Below are positions 1 through 9,189 of a DNA stretch of 64,000 bases, piece by piece. The stretch's first letter is position 1. Every line of letters starts with the position of its first letter. The notes beneath the pieces were generated by a model that did not search any database, was not told the origin of the DNA, and was given only the letters and a program-made list of their open reading frames with translations. The position numbers and the translations under genes are program-made. The DNA is from Opitutales bacterium. Lineage in GTDB: Bacteria; Verrucomicrobiota; Verrucomicrobiia; Opitutales; Oceanipulchritudinaceae. The stretch spans positions 5,952 to 69,951 of the forward strand of contig JAFIGG010000007.1 in the NCBI GenBank assembly GCA_020831485.1. Reading direction: 5' to 3'.

Positions 1-560
1 TTCAGGCCTTACCGGAAGCCTTTGACCTGAACCTCATCCGCGACTCCAAGCAGATCCGGGAAGCTCAGCGCGAAACGCTCTTCGAACAGGTCAGCACACT
101 CGCTGAGCAAGGTCTCGCCTTGCACGCAATCGGCGAAGGCAGCGTCGACGAAATAAACCGCCTCGATATCCTTGGGGCTACTTGTTTAGCCATGTGGCGG
201 GCAATTCAGCAACTGCAGGAAATGGGGTTGCCTCACATTGAGTTCGGCATCGACGAGCTGTTTCAGGAATCCGGCAAGCGGGTACGGATCCTGGTCGATG
301 GCATCCACCTGAAACGCCTCGAGCTGCCGCACGAAGGCGTCGTCAAAGGCGACGACCGCTCACACGTCATCGCCCTCGCCTCCATTCTCGCAAAAGTCAG
401 CCGCGACCGAAAAATGCGGGATCTCGACCGCCGCCATTCTCATTTCCTCTGGGCTAGCAATAAAGGCTACGGATCCCGCGCCCACTGCGATGCGATTCGC
501 GCTAAAGGTCCCAGTAAATGGCACCGTAAGCAGTTTATCCACAGACTTATTCACAGATGA
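1..560 (+). CDS. rnhB: Ribonuclease HII, 5'-truncated by the window edge
   Basis: Frame 3 is open from nt 3. The translation ...IRDSKQIREAQRETLFEQV...INRLDILGATCLAMWRAI...WASNKGYGSRAHCDAI fits the central and C-terminal parts of RNase HII. The listed 120..560 ORF simply starts at an internal TTG. Confidence 0.85.
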   Translation, partial: QALPEAFDLNLIRDSKQIREAQRETLFEQVSTLAEQGLALHAIGEGSVDEINRLDILGATCLAMWRAIQQLQEMGLPHIEFGIDELFQESGKRVRILVDGIHLKRLELPHEGVVKGDDRSHVIALASILAKVSRDRKMRDLDRRHSHFLWASNKGYGSRAHCDAIRAKGPSKWHRKQFIHRLIHR

Positions 561-772
561 CTGCCAGCCCCAAACGTCCCTTCCTCGGCGTGCACTACAC
601 CACCTGCGCGACCTACGGGCGTTTGTATAAAAATGACGAAGGCAACGCCTACGAAGGCCGCTGCCCACGCTGTGGCCATTTTTTTCGTGTCCGCATCGCT
701 CCCGGAGGTGCCAGCACCCGCAGCTGCCAGGCAAGTTGCCCCCCAAGTTACCACAATCGCTACCTGCGCTGA
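557..772 (+). CDS. Small hypothetical protein with a zinc-ribbon-like H/C...CPRC motif
   Basis: 71-aa ORF whose ATG overlaps the rnhB stop (ATGA). Contains HYTTC...(17 aa)...CPRCGHFF. It ends 6 nt before the tRNA-Ala on the other strand. No family recognised. Confidence 0.4.
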   Translation: MTASPKRPFLGVHYTTCATYGRLYKNDEGNAYEGRCPRCGHFFRVRIAPGGASTRSCQASCPPSYHNRYLR

Positions 773-778
773 AAAATG

Positions 779-851
779 TGGAGCTGATCGGGATCGAACC
801 GACGACCTCGTCATTGCGAACGACGCGCTCTTCCAACTGAGCTACAGCCCC
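779..851 (-). tRNA. tRNA-Ala (anticodon CGC)
   Basis: The reverse complement is GGGGCTGTAGCTCAGTTGGAAGAGCGCGTCGTTCGCAATGACGAGGTCGTCGGTTCGATCCCGATCAGCTCCA. It folds as a cloverleaf with a 7-bp acceptor stem, the G3:U70 alanine identity pair, a TTCGCAA anticodon loop (CGC) and a GGTTCGATCC T-arm. CCA is not encoded. Confidence 0.9.
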
Positions 852-920
852 GTAAATCTGAAGAAAATTCAATCGCCCGTTTGAGCTTCGTCAAGAGTGT
901 TTGAAGCAGGGCGAACGCAC

Positions 921-991
921 TCGGGGGTGGGTGCGCCCTCGCGCCCACAACAGGTCCATTGCACTGGGCGGACGAGGGCGTCCGCCCTCCC
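921..991. repeat. Solo copy of a REP-like double-hairpin element, same family as 44493..44629
   Basis: Hairpin 1 at 927-948: GTGGGTGCG-CCCT-CGCGCCCAC. Hairpin 2 at 966-987: GGGCGGACG-AGGG-CGTCCGCCC. The copy is collinear in length and sequence with each 66-bp unit at 44493-44629. It lies directly 3' of the TonB-dependent receptor stop. Confidence 0.6.
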
Positions 992-994
992 TGC

Positions 995-3766
995 TCACCA
1001 GTCCTTTTGAACCCTCAGGTAAAACGAGCGCCCGCGAATGCTGTGGGTAGAGGTGTCGTAATTGTCGTTGAATGCGCCGACTGCAACCGGCGGTGCCCGA
1101 TCGAAAAGGTTGTTCGCTCCCAAGCTCACAGTCAGGTTGCGCGTCATCGCCTGACTGGAGTCGCCAAATGCATACTGCACCAGAGCATCCACAGTGGTCC
1201 ATGAACCCACGGTTCTCGAGCTAACGGTCCTCAGAAAGAAGGGATCATCCTCAAATGAATCAACGTGGTTGAGGGTTCCAGAGAGCAACCAGTTTGAACG
1301 CTCAAAGGTCAACCGGTAGTAACCCTGATAGCGCGGAATACTGCCCGGGGCAAAGTCGTCGCTGTCAGGATCCCTGAATCGTCCAACAAAACTCTGTGCA
1401 GGCGTTCCAGGAGCGGTAATGAGATCCCACTTCACAAAATAGTTTACCATCAACTCATGCCGAATCGAACCGTCCATAATCCCAGAATGGTCAAACCGGG
1501 CAAACACCTCAAACCCCTGAATCTTATTCGCAGCAACATTGAAACGCTCGGCATCAACATGAACCATATTCCCGCCGAGGCTTCCATCCGGATTACGGAA
1601 GATACGATCCGCAAAAGGGGCATTCGGGTCGAATTGAACATTCGCGGGATCAGAGGTATCCGGATAATTGGGTCCTTGGCCTTCGGCGTTCAGATTGAGA
1701 ATCAGCTGCGTAGAGTCGCCAATCACATTCCGTCTATCCACATTGTAGTAATCAACCGATACAAATAGACCACTCAACCTTTCCGGAGACCAGGCGCCAC
1801 CAAAAGACCAGGTTTTGGATTCTTCCGGCTGAAGGTCGACATTTCCGGAGACATTCACCATAGTCTGAAAAAGGCCCGGAGAAAAACCTAGAGGATCAAC
1901 TACCGTCGGGAATTCCGTACCGCCGGCGCTGAATATCTCAATCGGTGTAGGTGCGCGAAAAGCTGTGCTGTAACTTGAGCGCAGGGTCCAGTCCCGCGAT
2001 GGCTGATAGCGAAGCCCCAGTTTACTGTCGGTCGACCGGAACCGCGGCTCTGCCGGAGACCCTGTAGCAGGATCCTCACCGTCGTATCGAAAACGCTCAT
2101 GTCGAATTCCGGCGTTGAGATCCATCGCATAAATCCCGACCCGGCGATTGGCTTCCCCAATCAATGGCACTCGGGTTTCGGCAAATCCGGAACGGACCGA
2201 ACGGCCGGCATAAAAAGGAAACAACTGATTAAAGCCCAACGCTCTGCCCTCCTGAACTTTCAGATCAGGTTCGACGCCGCTGTCCTCTTCTCTGTATTCA
2301 ACACCTACAACCGCTTCTATGTCGCCGCCGGCAATTTCAATTACAGTTCCATTCACTTTAAAATCCCATACACGGAGCACCGAGTCGTAATGATCCCGTG
2401 CAGTTCCCTCAACACCTTGAAGTGCCTGGGCATTATCCCAACTGTACTGCTGTCCATTAATCTCAACCGATCCGCTCGAGAACACGCGGGCATAAGGATT
2501 GAAGGCACCGCTATTCACTACAGGGATCAAAGCATTCAACTCAGGGAAGCCTGACATACTGTTGTGCCCTTTGGCTCGATTGTAGAGAAAAGCACCCTCC
2601 CAGCTGAATTGCTCGACCTGCCCTCGCAGGCCCATGACCGTGCGCAGGGAATTGAAGCGGAAGGTATCGTTTCTGGGGCCAAGCTCAACCGTTCTGTAGA
2701 CCGGAAAGGGTGCTGCATCGGCATCCAGCAGCGCGATATACGGGCTGTCGAAAGGCACACCGAAGGGAGCGGCGGCATAGCCGTTGAACTGCTGGATATC
2801 TGACAGCAAAAAGTCCCCAAAGAAGGAAAGGTTCTCATACAGTTTAGCCCCCAGGCTCGCATACAGCGAATAGCGCTCCTGCCCTGGGATGGCCGGCGTC
2901 ATTTCGCGGTAGTTGTAAAGGTCTTCGTCGTAATCGAATGGCCTGTAATTGTCGAGGGACTGAGGGTAGTCGACCCCGTCGACCAGAATCCCGTGGACAA
3001 ATCCCGTGACTCCCGGATTAAAGAAATAAGCGGTTCCGGAAAGACTGGGGTCTCCCAGGTTGCCTCCCCCGAAGGGACGAAGGTCCGCCGAACGGGAAAG
3101 CTCTCTGTCGCGGGCATAGATTGTTCCGCGGCGATAATACTCTCCTGCGATAGCAATACGCAGCGCACCGGTTTGCATGCCCGTCAGAAAACCCGCTTGG
3201 TAGACACTCGAGTCCCGCTTTGAGGTGTTGCCGTAGAGCAGATGCGTCTGAGTGGCGGTGGGCGAGTCATTGAACTGGAAATCAACCGCTCCGGCGAGGG
3301 CGTCCGCTCCATAAGTTGCCGCAGCGCCGGCCTGAAGCACATGCACCGCCTGCAGTCCGGAGAGCGGTATCTGATTAACGTCGGAGAAGGATCCGGCACG
3401 GCGCCCATTTATTAGCACCAGGGTTGAAGACGGGCCCATGCCGCGCAAATTGATGCCCGCAGCCCCGGTTCCGGCATTGCTGTCATTCTCTGTAGCCGTC
3501 GCTCCGACCAGTGCCGGCAGTCTGCGCAGACCCTCGATGGGCGTCTGTGCCCCAAACAAAGTCAGGTCTTCTGCGGTTACCAGCGTCACTGGCGCGAAGC
3601 GCTCTTCCATGGCCAGGGGCAGATGCGAGCCCACGACGCGTACGGGCTCCAATTCAAAAATGGTCTCGGCGGACAATCGGTCCAGGTCCAATACAGGACA
3701 GAGAACTAGAGTGGAGACAGTGCCAAGCGCCCATGCGCCCTTAAGTCGGTTCAGCAATTGATTCAT
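995..3766 (-). CDS. TonB-dependent outer-membrane receptor
   Basis: Signal-like N-terminus MNQLLNRLKGAWALGTVSTLVL and plug motifs (VTLVTAEDL, INLRGMGPSSTLVLINGRR). A long Y/G/N/D-rich barrel region ends in ...RSFYLRVQKDW with an aromatic terminus. Start placed at Met16 of the 938-aa ORF. Confidence 0.85.
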   Translation of the reverse strand: MNQLLNRLKGAWALGTVSTLVLCPVLDLDRLSAETIFELEPVRVVGSHLPLAMEERFAPVTLVTAEDLTLFGAQTPIEGLRRLPALVGATATENDSNAGTGAAGINLRGMGPSSTLVLINGRRAGSFSDVNQIPLSGLQAVHVLQAGAAATYGADALAGAVDFQFNDSPTATQTHLLYGNTSKRDSSVYQAGFLTGMQTGALRIAIAGEYYRRGTIYARDRELSRSADLRPFGGGNLGDPSLSGTAYFFNPGVTGFVHGILVDGVDYPQSLDNYRPFDYDEDLYNYREMTPAIPGQERYSLYASLGAKLYENLSFFGDFLLSDIQQFNGYAAAPFGVPFDSPYIALLDADAAPFPVYRTVELGPRNDTFRFNSLRTVMGLRGQVEQFSWEGAFLYNRAKGHNSMSGFPELNALIPVVNSGAFNPYARVFSSGSVEINGQQYSWDNAQALQGVEGTARDHYDSVLRVWDFKVNGTVIEIAGGDIEAVVGVEYREEDSGVEPDLKVQEGRALGFNQLFPFYAGRSVRSGFAETRVPLIGEANRRVGIYAMDLNAGIRHERFRYDGEDPATGSPAEPRFRSTDSKLGLRYQPSRDWTLRSSYSTAFRAPTPIEIFSAGGTEFPTVVDPLGFSPGLFQTMVNVSGNVDLQPEESKTWSFGGAWSPERLSGLFVSVDYYNVDRRNVIGDSTQLILNLNAEGQGPNYPDTSDPANVQFDPNAPFADRIFRNPDGSLGGNMVHVDAERFNVAANKIQGFEVFARFDHSGIMDGSIRHELMVNYFVKWDLITAPGTPAQSFVGRFRDPDSDDFAPGSIPRYQGYYRLTFERSNWLLSGTLNHVDSFEDDPFFLRTVSSRTVGSWTTVDALVQYAFGDSSQAMTRNLTVSLGANNLFDRAPPVAVGAFNDNYDTSTHSIRGRSFYLRVQKDW

Positions 3767-3956
3767 TTCGGGTATCAGCCAGATCGTGAAAAGTCTAAAG
3801 CTTGGATCCAAATGGGTTTTATAACAGATGTCGAAAAATTACGGACGCAATCGAGGCTGGTCAGTTTTATAAGAATTGCTTGACTGAAACCCTCTTCGTG
3901 TTAGTTTTTCTTATGCCTATTCAGGGGCACTACCGCTGCGACTTCATTCTCATCCA

Positions 3957-4931
3957 ATGGACCTCCAAACAAACTACCTCGGCTTAAATCTTCCGAATCC
4001 TTTTATTGTCGGTGCTTCTCCTTTGGTCTACGACACCGATACCGCGATGCGCCTTGAAGACGCAGGAGCAGCTGCAATCGTAATGCATTCCTTATTCGAG
4101 GAGCAGTTGCTTCGGGGCCATATCCGCGGGTTTCCAGATTCCGACGGTACCGAAAATTACCTGGCGGACGAGGCTCGGGAATTTCCGTTGCACGCAGATG
4201 CTTATGTTGAGCACCTCGGGCACCTAAAGAAACGCCTTTCAATACCAGTAATTGCTTCGCTCAACGGACTGTCCGAGGGAACCTGGACGGAATACGCGAG
4301 GCTTTGCGCCGATGCGGGTGCAGATGCCATTGAATTGAATTTTTTCTTCTTCCCGGCAGACATGTATGAATCGAGCTCGGAGATGGAAGAACGGGCCCTT
4401 TACCTGATTCGTGCGATTGTTCAGCAAACATCGGTTCCTCTAAGCCTGAAGCTAAGCCCCTTCTTCACCAGCCTGCCCCACTTTCTCAGGCATGCCGAAG
4501 GAGCGGGCGCCCAAGGGGCTGTACTCTTCAATCGGTTCTTTCAGCCCGAACTGGATCCCTCCGGGCCCTCATGGAGCCCTGAAATAGGCGTCTCATCTCC
4601 CGACGAGCTTCGCTTGCGGCTGAACTGGATGGCCACGCTCTATGGCCGAAGTCAGATGGACTTTGCACTCAGCGGAGGCATCCACAGTCACCTGGATGCC
4701 ATCCGTGCCATTATGGCCGGAGCGGATGCCATTCAGGTCGTGTCCCGCATTCTCCGCGAAGGCCCCGAAAGCCTCTACACCTTGCTCGCCGATGTCCGCC
4801 TGTGGATGGAAGCCAACTTATATGAGGATATAGGCCAGCTGCGCGGAGTGGCCAGCTTTCTCAATGTCGACCATCCGGAAGCGCACGCCCGCGCCAGCTA
4901 TTTTCAGCTGCTGAAAAACTGGAAGTCCTGA
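3957..4931 (+). CDS. Dihydroorotate dehydrogenase-like protein (class 1 TIM-barrel flavoenzyme paralog)
   Basis: 324 aa. The N-terminus MDLQTNYLGLNLPNPFIVGASPL, ...AIELNFF... and the C-terminal GADAIQVVS pattern are typical of the PyrD-like family. A true pyrD function is not established. Confidence 0.7.
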   Translation: MDLQTNYLGLNLPNPFIVGASPLVYDTDTAMRLEDAGAAAIVMHSLFEEQLLRGHIRGFPDSDGTENYLADEAREFPLHADAYVEHLGHLKKRLSIPVIASLNGLSEGTWTEYARLCADAGADAIELNFFFFPADMYESSSEMEERALYLIRAIVQQTSVPLSLKLSPFFTSLPHFLRHAEGAGAQGAVLFNRFFQPELDPSGPSWSPEIGVSSPDELRLRLNWMATLYGRSQMDFALSGGIHSHLDAIRAIMAGADAIQVVSRILREGPESLYTLLADVRLWMEANLYEDIGQLRGVASFLNVDHPEAHARASYFQLLKNWKS

Positions 4932-4943
4932 GCGGCTTCAGCC

Positions 4944-7271
4944 TCAGCTGTTCAGGGAGACAAGGAACTGGATATTAGTCGTCGTCTTCTTAATACGGCT
5001 AATGAGCATTTCCATCGCATCGGTCGGAGGCACGCCCTTCATTGCTCGGCGCAATCCGTAGACTTTCTGCATCTCATCCGGGTGATAAAGCAGCTCTTCC
5101 TTGCGCGTGCCGCTCTTGGCCATCTCAATCGCCGGGAAGATGCGCTTGTCGGACAAGGCACGATCAAGGTGCAGTTCCATGTTCCCCGTTCCCTTGAATT
5201 CCTCAAAAATCACTTCGTCCATACGGCTGCCGGTTTCCACCAGTGCAGTTCCGATAATGGTCAGCGATCCGCCCTCCTCAATGTTACGGGCGCTGCCAAA
5301 GAAACGTTTGGGTTTCTGCAGGGCATTTGCTTCGACCCCTCCGGAAAGAATCTTTCCACTGTTGGATGCCAGCGCGTTGTAGGCACGAGCCAAACGGGTG
5401 ATGGAGTCCAGCAGGATGATCACATCCCTGCCTGCCTCAACCATGCGCCGCGCCTTCTCAATTACCATCTCGGCACAGTGCACGTGATTTTCCGGCGACT
5501 CGTCAAAAGTCGAGGCGATGACTTCACCAGAAGTGATCTGGCGACTAAAATCCGTGACTTCTTCAGGACGTTCATCGATCAGAAGCACAATCAAGTGGGC
5601 CTCCGGCTTGTTGATCGCAACCGCGTTGGCGATGGACTGCTGAAGAATGGTCTTACCCGTGCGAGGGGGCGCAACGATAAGCCCACGCTGGCCAAGTCCG
5701 ACCGGTGTCAGCAGATCAACCGTCCGCATGGCGATGTTGTCCCACTTCACCTTGGGCTCGGTCTCGAGAATAATGCGCTCGGTTGGATAATAGGGAACCA
5801 GGTCTTCAAAAGGTGTCACCGCCAGGTTTTCCTCCGGTGCCTTGCCCATGATGCTGCGAATATCAACTACATAGGGACAGGTTTCTTCATCCGCGTCCAC
5901 GTCCTGCAAGAACTCCGTCGCCGGGAACAGTGCGCTCAAAGCCTTCTCTGCAAGCTCCTCTTCGACACGATCCGGGATAAAATCCGGTCCATCTTCCTCA
6001 TCAATGCCCGCAGCCCTGAGCTGCTCCAAAGCATCGTCCGGCAAGGTCTTGCGCTTGGCGTGTAGCTGGACTTCCAGTATAGTGCCGCGCTTGAGGCCGA
6101 AACGACGCATGAAGGGTTTGGCAATAAAAGCTGAGTTGGGCCGAATCCGGTAGTGCTGGCTAGTATACACAAGCAACCCGTCCCCTTCTTCCGTCACTTC
6201 CACAATGCCTTCGGCAAAAATAGCCCGGCGCGCCGACTGGGCGGCTTCCAGGATCGCATCAATCACTTGGTTGCGAGCCGGAGCCGATTGAGTATAGCGA
6301 ATCCCGAAGGCCTCATCCGCAAAGCTAATCAGCTCCGGGTGCTTCATTTCCAGAAGCGCGTTGAATGAAACAGGCTCTCCATCTCCGGCAGCCAAATTAT
6401 TAGCCAAGTCCTTCAGCGAAGTCTCATCCCGAAACAGGCGCAGGCCGTAGAGATCCCCGGTTTCGATCACAGCGTCGAGCTCGCTCTCCTGGGAGCGTTC
6501 CCTGCGACGTCCATCGCGACGTCCTTTGCGGTCTTTTTTGTTCCGCTTACGGTTGTTGTCGTTGGGTTTATTCGAACGGTCGTTCGGCTTATTGGGCCCC
6601 TGGTTCCCCTGATGCTGTGGCCGGTTTCGGTCCGGCGAAAATGGTTTCTGCTTAAACTTCGGCCGATTGCCACCGCCACCATTACCACCGCTATTGCCGC
6701 CACCATGCTGAGCTTGATGGGCTCTGTTGGACCGATCCTGCCGATCCTGCTTGTGGCCGCGACCGGAATCCGCAGAGCGGGAATCGCCGCCTCGGGAATC
6801 TGAAGGTTTGGACTCTGTGGATTTCAATCCCGAAGGCTCTTTTTTCTCCTCCTTCGGCTCAGCTTCCTTGCGTGCCACCGCCGGATTCAATACAGGGTCT
6901 GCATCGCTCGAATAAGTGTGCGGAACCGGCACTCCGTCGGAGCCTTTCGAGCTGAGGCGCGGAGCCTTCAAGGGCGGAGCCGACGGCGTTTGCCCGGCAG
7001 CGGAATCCGCATTCGAGGCCGCTCTTTTGGCAGTGCGCTTGCGCGTGGAGCGCCGGGCAGGCGCCTGCTGCTCAACCGACTCTTCAGCCGGTCGTGTCGT
7101 TGCCGACTCTTCAGGGGCCGATTTTACGGCAGCCTTGCGCGCAGTTTTTTTCGCAGCCGCCTTCTTGGCGGTGCGTTTACGGGCCACTTTTTTGGTGGCT
7201 GATTTGGATGATTCATCCATGATAGCGTCAGCTTCTGTATCGAAGGGCAGGTTCGTCTGCGAGTTTGTCAT
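4944..7271 (-). CDS. rho: Transcription termination factor Rho with a ~300-aa disordered N-terminal extension
   Basis: The C-terminal 470 aa carry Rho hallmarks: [12 protein letters not shown] Walker A, ...[10 protein letters not shown]..., [14 protein letters not shown] and [20 protein letters not shown]. The N-terminus is K/R/A-rich and then G/N/R-rich. Confidence 0.92.
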   Translation of the reverse strand: MTNSQTNLPFDTEADAIMDESSKSATKKVARKRTAKKAAAKKTARKAAVKSAPEESATTRPAEESVEQQAPARRSTRKRTAKRAASNADSAAGQTPSAPPLKAPRLSSKGSDGVPVPHTYSSDADPVLNPAVARKEAEPKEEKKEPSGLKSTESKPSDSRGGDSRSADSGRGHKQDRQDRSNRAHQAQHGGGNSGGNGGGGNRPKFKQKPFSPDRNRPQHQGNQGPNKPNDRSNKPNDNNRKRNKKDRKGRRDGRRRERSQESELDAVIETGDLYGLRLFRDETSLKDLANNLAAGDGEPVSFNALLEMKHPELISFADEAFGIRYTQSAPARNQVIDAILEAAQSARRAIFAEGIVEVTEEGDGLLVYTSQHYRIRPNSAFIAKPFMRRFGLKRGTILEVQLHAKRKTLPDDALEQLRAAGIDEEDGPDFIPDRVEEELAEKALSALFPATEFLQDVDADEETCPYVVDIRSIMGKAPEENLAVTPFEDLVPYYPTERIILETEPKVKWDNIAMRTVDLLTPVGLGQRGLIVAPPRTGKTILQQSIANAVAINKPEAHLIVLLIDERPEEVTDFSRQITSGEVIASTFDESPENHVHCAEMVIEKARRMVEAGRDVIILLDSITRLARAYNALASNSGKILSGGVEANALQKPKRFFGSARNIEEGGSLTIIGTALVETGSRMDEVIFEEFKGTGNMELHLDRALSDKRIFPAIEMAKSGTRKEELLYHPDEMQKVYGLRRAMKGVPPTDAMEMLISRIKKTTTNIQFLVSLNS

Positions 7272-7288
7272 CTGGGTTTAACCAAAAG

Positions 7289-7882
7289 TTATTGGGCACC
7301 CCATTGCTCAAAAAGGATATCGAGTTGTTCGTTCAGGTGTTGCAGGGTGCCATTGTTCATCAAGACAACGTCGGCCATTTCCATTTTGCGCAGTAAAGGC
7401 ATTTGCCGCTGTTGCCGCCATTGTATCTGTGAATCCGACAGTCCGCGGGCACGCAAACGTTCCATTTGGACTTTTGGAGAAGACGCCACGCAGACCGTCT
7501 GATCAAACAACTCCTGCAAATTCTTTTCGAATAAGAGGGGAATTTCAACGACTGCTAGAGAGTCCTGCTCCGCTACTTTCTGCGTCCAAACCCGCCTTAC
7601 GATAGGGTGTAAAATAGACTCCAGACGCAAAAGTTTATCGGAATCAATAGCAACGATACCTCCAAGGCGGCCTCTGTCAATCTTTCCTTCCCCGTCGAGA
7701 ACCTCCTCGCCGAAGCTCTCCACCACTTCCGCAATCACCTTGCGGTCACTGGCCAGCAGCTCGCGGACGATCGCATCGGATTCCACCACAAGAGCGCCGC
7801 GCTCCTCGCACAAACGCAAGACGGTACTCTTGCCACAACCTATGCCTCCGGTCAGTCCAACTTTCATCGCATTAACAGTCAT
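7289..7882 (-). CDS. coaE: Dephospho-CoA kinase
   Basis: MKVGLTGGIGCGKSTV P-loop at the N-terminus. About 195 aa with a typical CoaE layout. The true start may be the MKV at 7867. Confidence 0.85.
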   Translation of the reverse strand: MTVNAMKVGLTGGIGCGKSTVLRLCEERGALVVESDAIVRELLASDRKVIAEVVESFGEEVLDGEGKIDRGRLGGIVAIDSDKLLRLESILHPIVRRVWTQKVAEQDSLAVVEIPLLFEKNLQELFDQTVCVASSPKVQMERLRARGLSDSQIQWRQQRQMPLLRKMEMADVVLMNNGTLQHLNEQLDILFEQWGAQ

Positions 7883-7891
7883 ACAAGGAAT

Positions 7892-8818
7892 TTGATTTGC
7901 GCGAATCGAAATCTGAACTTTTTTAGAGCTGTGCCTCCTGAATCGTCAGCACTACGCTTTTTCCTCGCCGAAGCCCCCGTCGACCAATACCGCCGGGAGC
8001 TCGAGTCATTGACCGCGTCCTGGACGGACAAGGGCTGGAGCTGGCCCGCTGCGGAATCCGTGCTACTCAAAGTCCACCAGCTATTTAAAAATGGGTCGGC
8101 GACACTCGAACCTCTCGACACGCCCTATCACGACGCCCGCCACACCTTGCAGGTACTGCTTTGCTGGTGCCGGATCGTCGATGCGCACCAAGGCCACCGC
8201 GAGGGCGAGCGAATCCCAGGCAAGCTTCTATTGACGGGTTATTACGCCGCCTTGTTTCACGACAGTGGTTACCTCAAAGATCGGGGCGACTCCGAGGGTA
8301 CGGGTGCAAAGCTCAGTGCAATTCACGAACGGCGCAGCTGCGCCATCGCCTCTGCCTTTCTAACCGAAGCCTCTGCGGCCGACATTGATCGCGCGGCGCT
8401 GGCCCGTATGATTGTCTCCACCGGACCTCGTGCCGCTCTGCCCGCGATACCCTATAAATCTGCCGACGAGCGTCTGCTGGCCCAGATGCTGGCCACCGCA
8501 GACTTTCTGGCCCAGCTCAGCGACCCGAATTATCCCCGCAAACTGGCATGCCTCTATGAGGAACTGCGCGAAGCGGAAGCGGCACGCCATTTCCCACAAA
8601 GCCTGGCTCAACTGGAGAACATCAACGCATTCCGCGCGGCAACGCCGCCGTTCTGGAAATCTTTTGTGCGCCCCCACCTTGACCGTGACTGTGCCGCTGT
8701 TTATCGCTGGCTTAACACTCCCTACCCCGACGGCCCAAATCCCTACTTCGATCAGATCGAACAAAACCTGCGCTTTATCCGCCGCACGGATTCCGCGATC
8801 AGCCGGGATGGAGTTTAA
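7892..8818 (+). CDS. HD-domain protein, function unknown
   Basis: Contains YHDARHTLQV and AALFHDSGY (H...HD...D metal-binding pattern). Divergent from coaE. The start codon is uncertain. Confidence 0.55.
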   Translation: MICANRNLNFFRAVPPESSALRFFLAEAPVDQYRRELESLTASWTDKGWSWPAAESVLLKVHQLFKNGSATLEPLDTPYHDARHTLQVLLCWCRIVDAHQGHREGERIPGKLLLTGYYAALFHDSGYLKDRGDSEGTGAKLSAIHERRSCAIASAFLTEASAADIDRAALARMIVSTGPRAALPAIPYKSADERLLAQMLATADFLAQLSDPNYPRKLACLYEELREAEAARHFPQSLAQLENINAFRAATPPFWKSFVRPHLDRDCAAVYRWLNTPYPDGPNPYFDQIEQNLRFIRRTDSAISRDGV

Positions 8819-8882
8819 GTTTGAAAGCAGCTCCCAAATCACTGAACTTGCGATTTCGAACCTTTAGCCACAATCTTCACCA

Positions 8883-9176
8883 ATGAAAAGCGCTTACGAA
8901 CTCGCAATGGAACGCCTACAGGAAACCGACCCGAATGGCGTGGTCCAGTTGAACGATGGACAACGCGCCGAGATGGCCACAATTGAGCAGAAATGCCAGG
9001 CACAGATCGCCGAAAAAGAAGTGTTCCTGAAAGGCAAGATCCTCGCAGCACGCAAACAGGCCGACGGAGAAGCCGTCCAGCAGTTGGAAAAGCAGCTTCA
9101 GAACGAACGCATCCGCCTGCGCGAGGAAATGGAAGCCGCAAAAGATAAAATCCGCAAAAGCGCACAATCCAGCTGA
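8883..9176 (+). CDS. Hypothetical charged coiled-coil protein
   Basis: 97-aa ORF rich in E/K/Q/A with heptad-like spacing. It sits in an otherwise empty gap just upstream of thyA. No family recognised. Confidence 0.45.
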   Translation: MKSAYELAMERLQETDPNGVVQLNDGQRAEMATIEQKCQAQIAEKEVFLKGKILAARKQADGEAVQQLEKQLQNERIRLREEMEAAKDKIRKSAQSS

Positions 9177-9189
9177 AGCTCCGCTGCCG

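Noticed and set aside
3767-3956. Riboswitch (cobalamin or TPP) upstream of the TonB-dependent receptor
   Set aside because: I read the minus-strand leader and found no B12-box, no CUGAGA TPP core and no obvious multi-stem structure.
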